Source: Acanthaster planci | Taxonomy: Eukaryota | DNA length: 64,000 bases | Direction: 5' to 3' | NCBI RefSeq assembly: GCF_001949145.1 | Contig: NW_019091361.1 | Span: 2,527,825 to 2,591,824 of the forward strand | Shown here: positions 63,951-64,000 of the stretch, in pieces | Numbering within the stretch: position 1 is the stretch's first letter | Layout: each line of letters opens with the position of its first letter | The notes under the pieces: model-generated | Database searches by the model: none | Told to the model about the DNA's origin: nothing | Seen by the model: the letters and a program-made list of their open reading frames with translations, nothing else | Position numbers and translations under genes: made by a program

Positions 63951-64000
63951 GTAAGTATTGTTTTGGGTGAGTGTGAGTTTTATCAGTTTACGAAACATGG

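Noticed and set aside
1..64000. Autonomous transposase, reverse transcriptase, viral insertion or novel multi-gene system
   Set aside because: I recognised no ORF or exon chain with such motifs; the coding capacity I can see is explained by ASH1L and the GRAM gene.

Overview
This is eukaryotic (animal) genomic DNA with spliceosomal GT-AG introns, not a prokaryotic locus. An invertebrate deuterostome such as an echinoderm is my low-confidence guess, based on repeat composition and protein similarity. Most of the window is one + strand gene, the H3K36 methyltransferase ASH1L. I reconstructed 22 phase-consistent coding exons from 16861 to the stop at 51418 (8745 nt, 2914 aa plus stop), with a 5.56-kb exon followed by the MRG-binding FxLP motif, AWS, SET, post-SET, bromodomain, PHD and BAH. 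Bases 1-16860 look like upstream intron rich in TACATG-type repeats and small DNA-transposon relics. A second + strand gene, largely missed by the ORF track, starts near 56580 and runs off the right edge. It encodes a GRAM-domain protein of GRAMD2A/2B-type architecture. I found no new multi-gene system. The most unusual local structures are a four-copy tandem duplication of the PHD exon 3' end that carries a competing 5' splice site, a perfect 75-bp intronic palindrome, and several non-autonomous transposons with recognisable termini.
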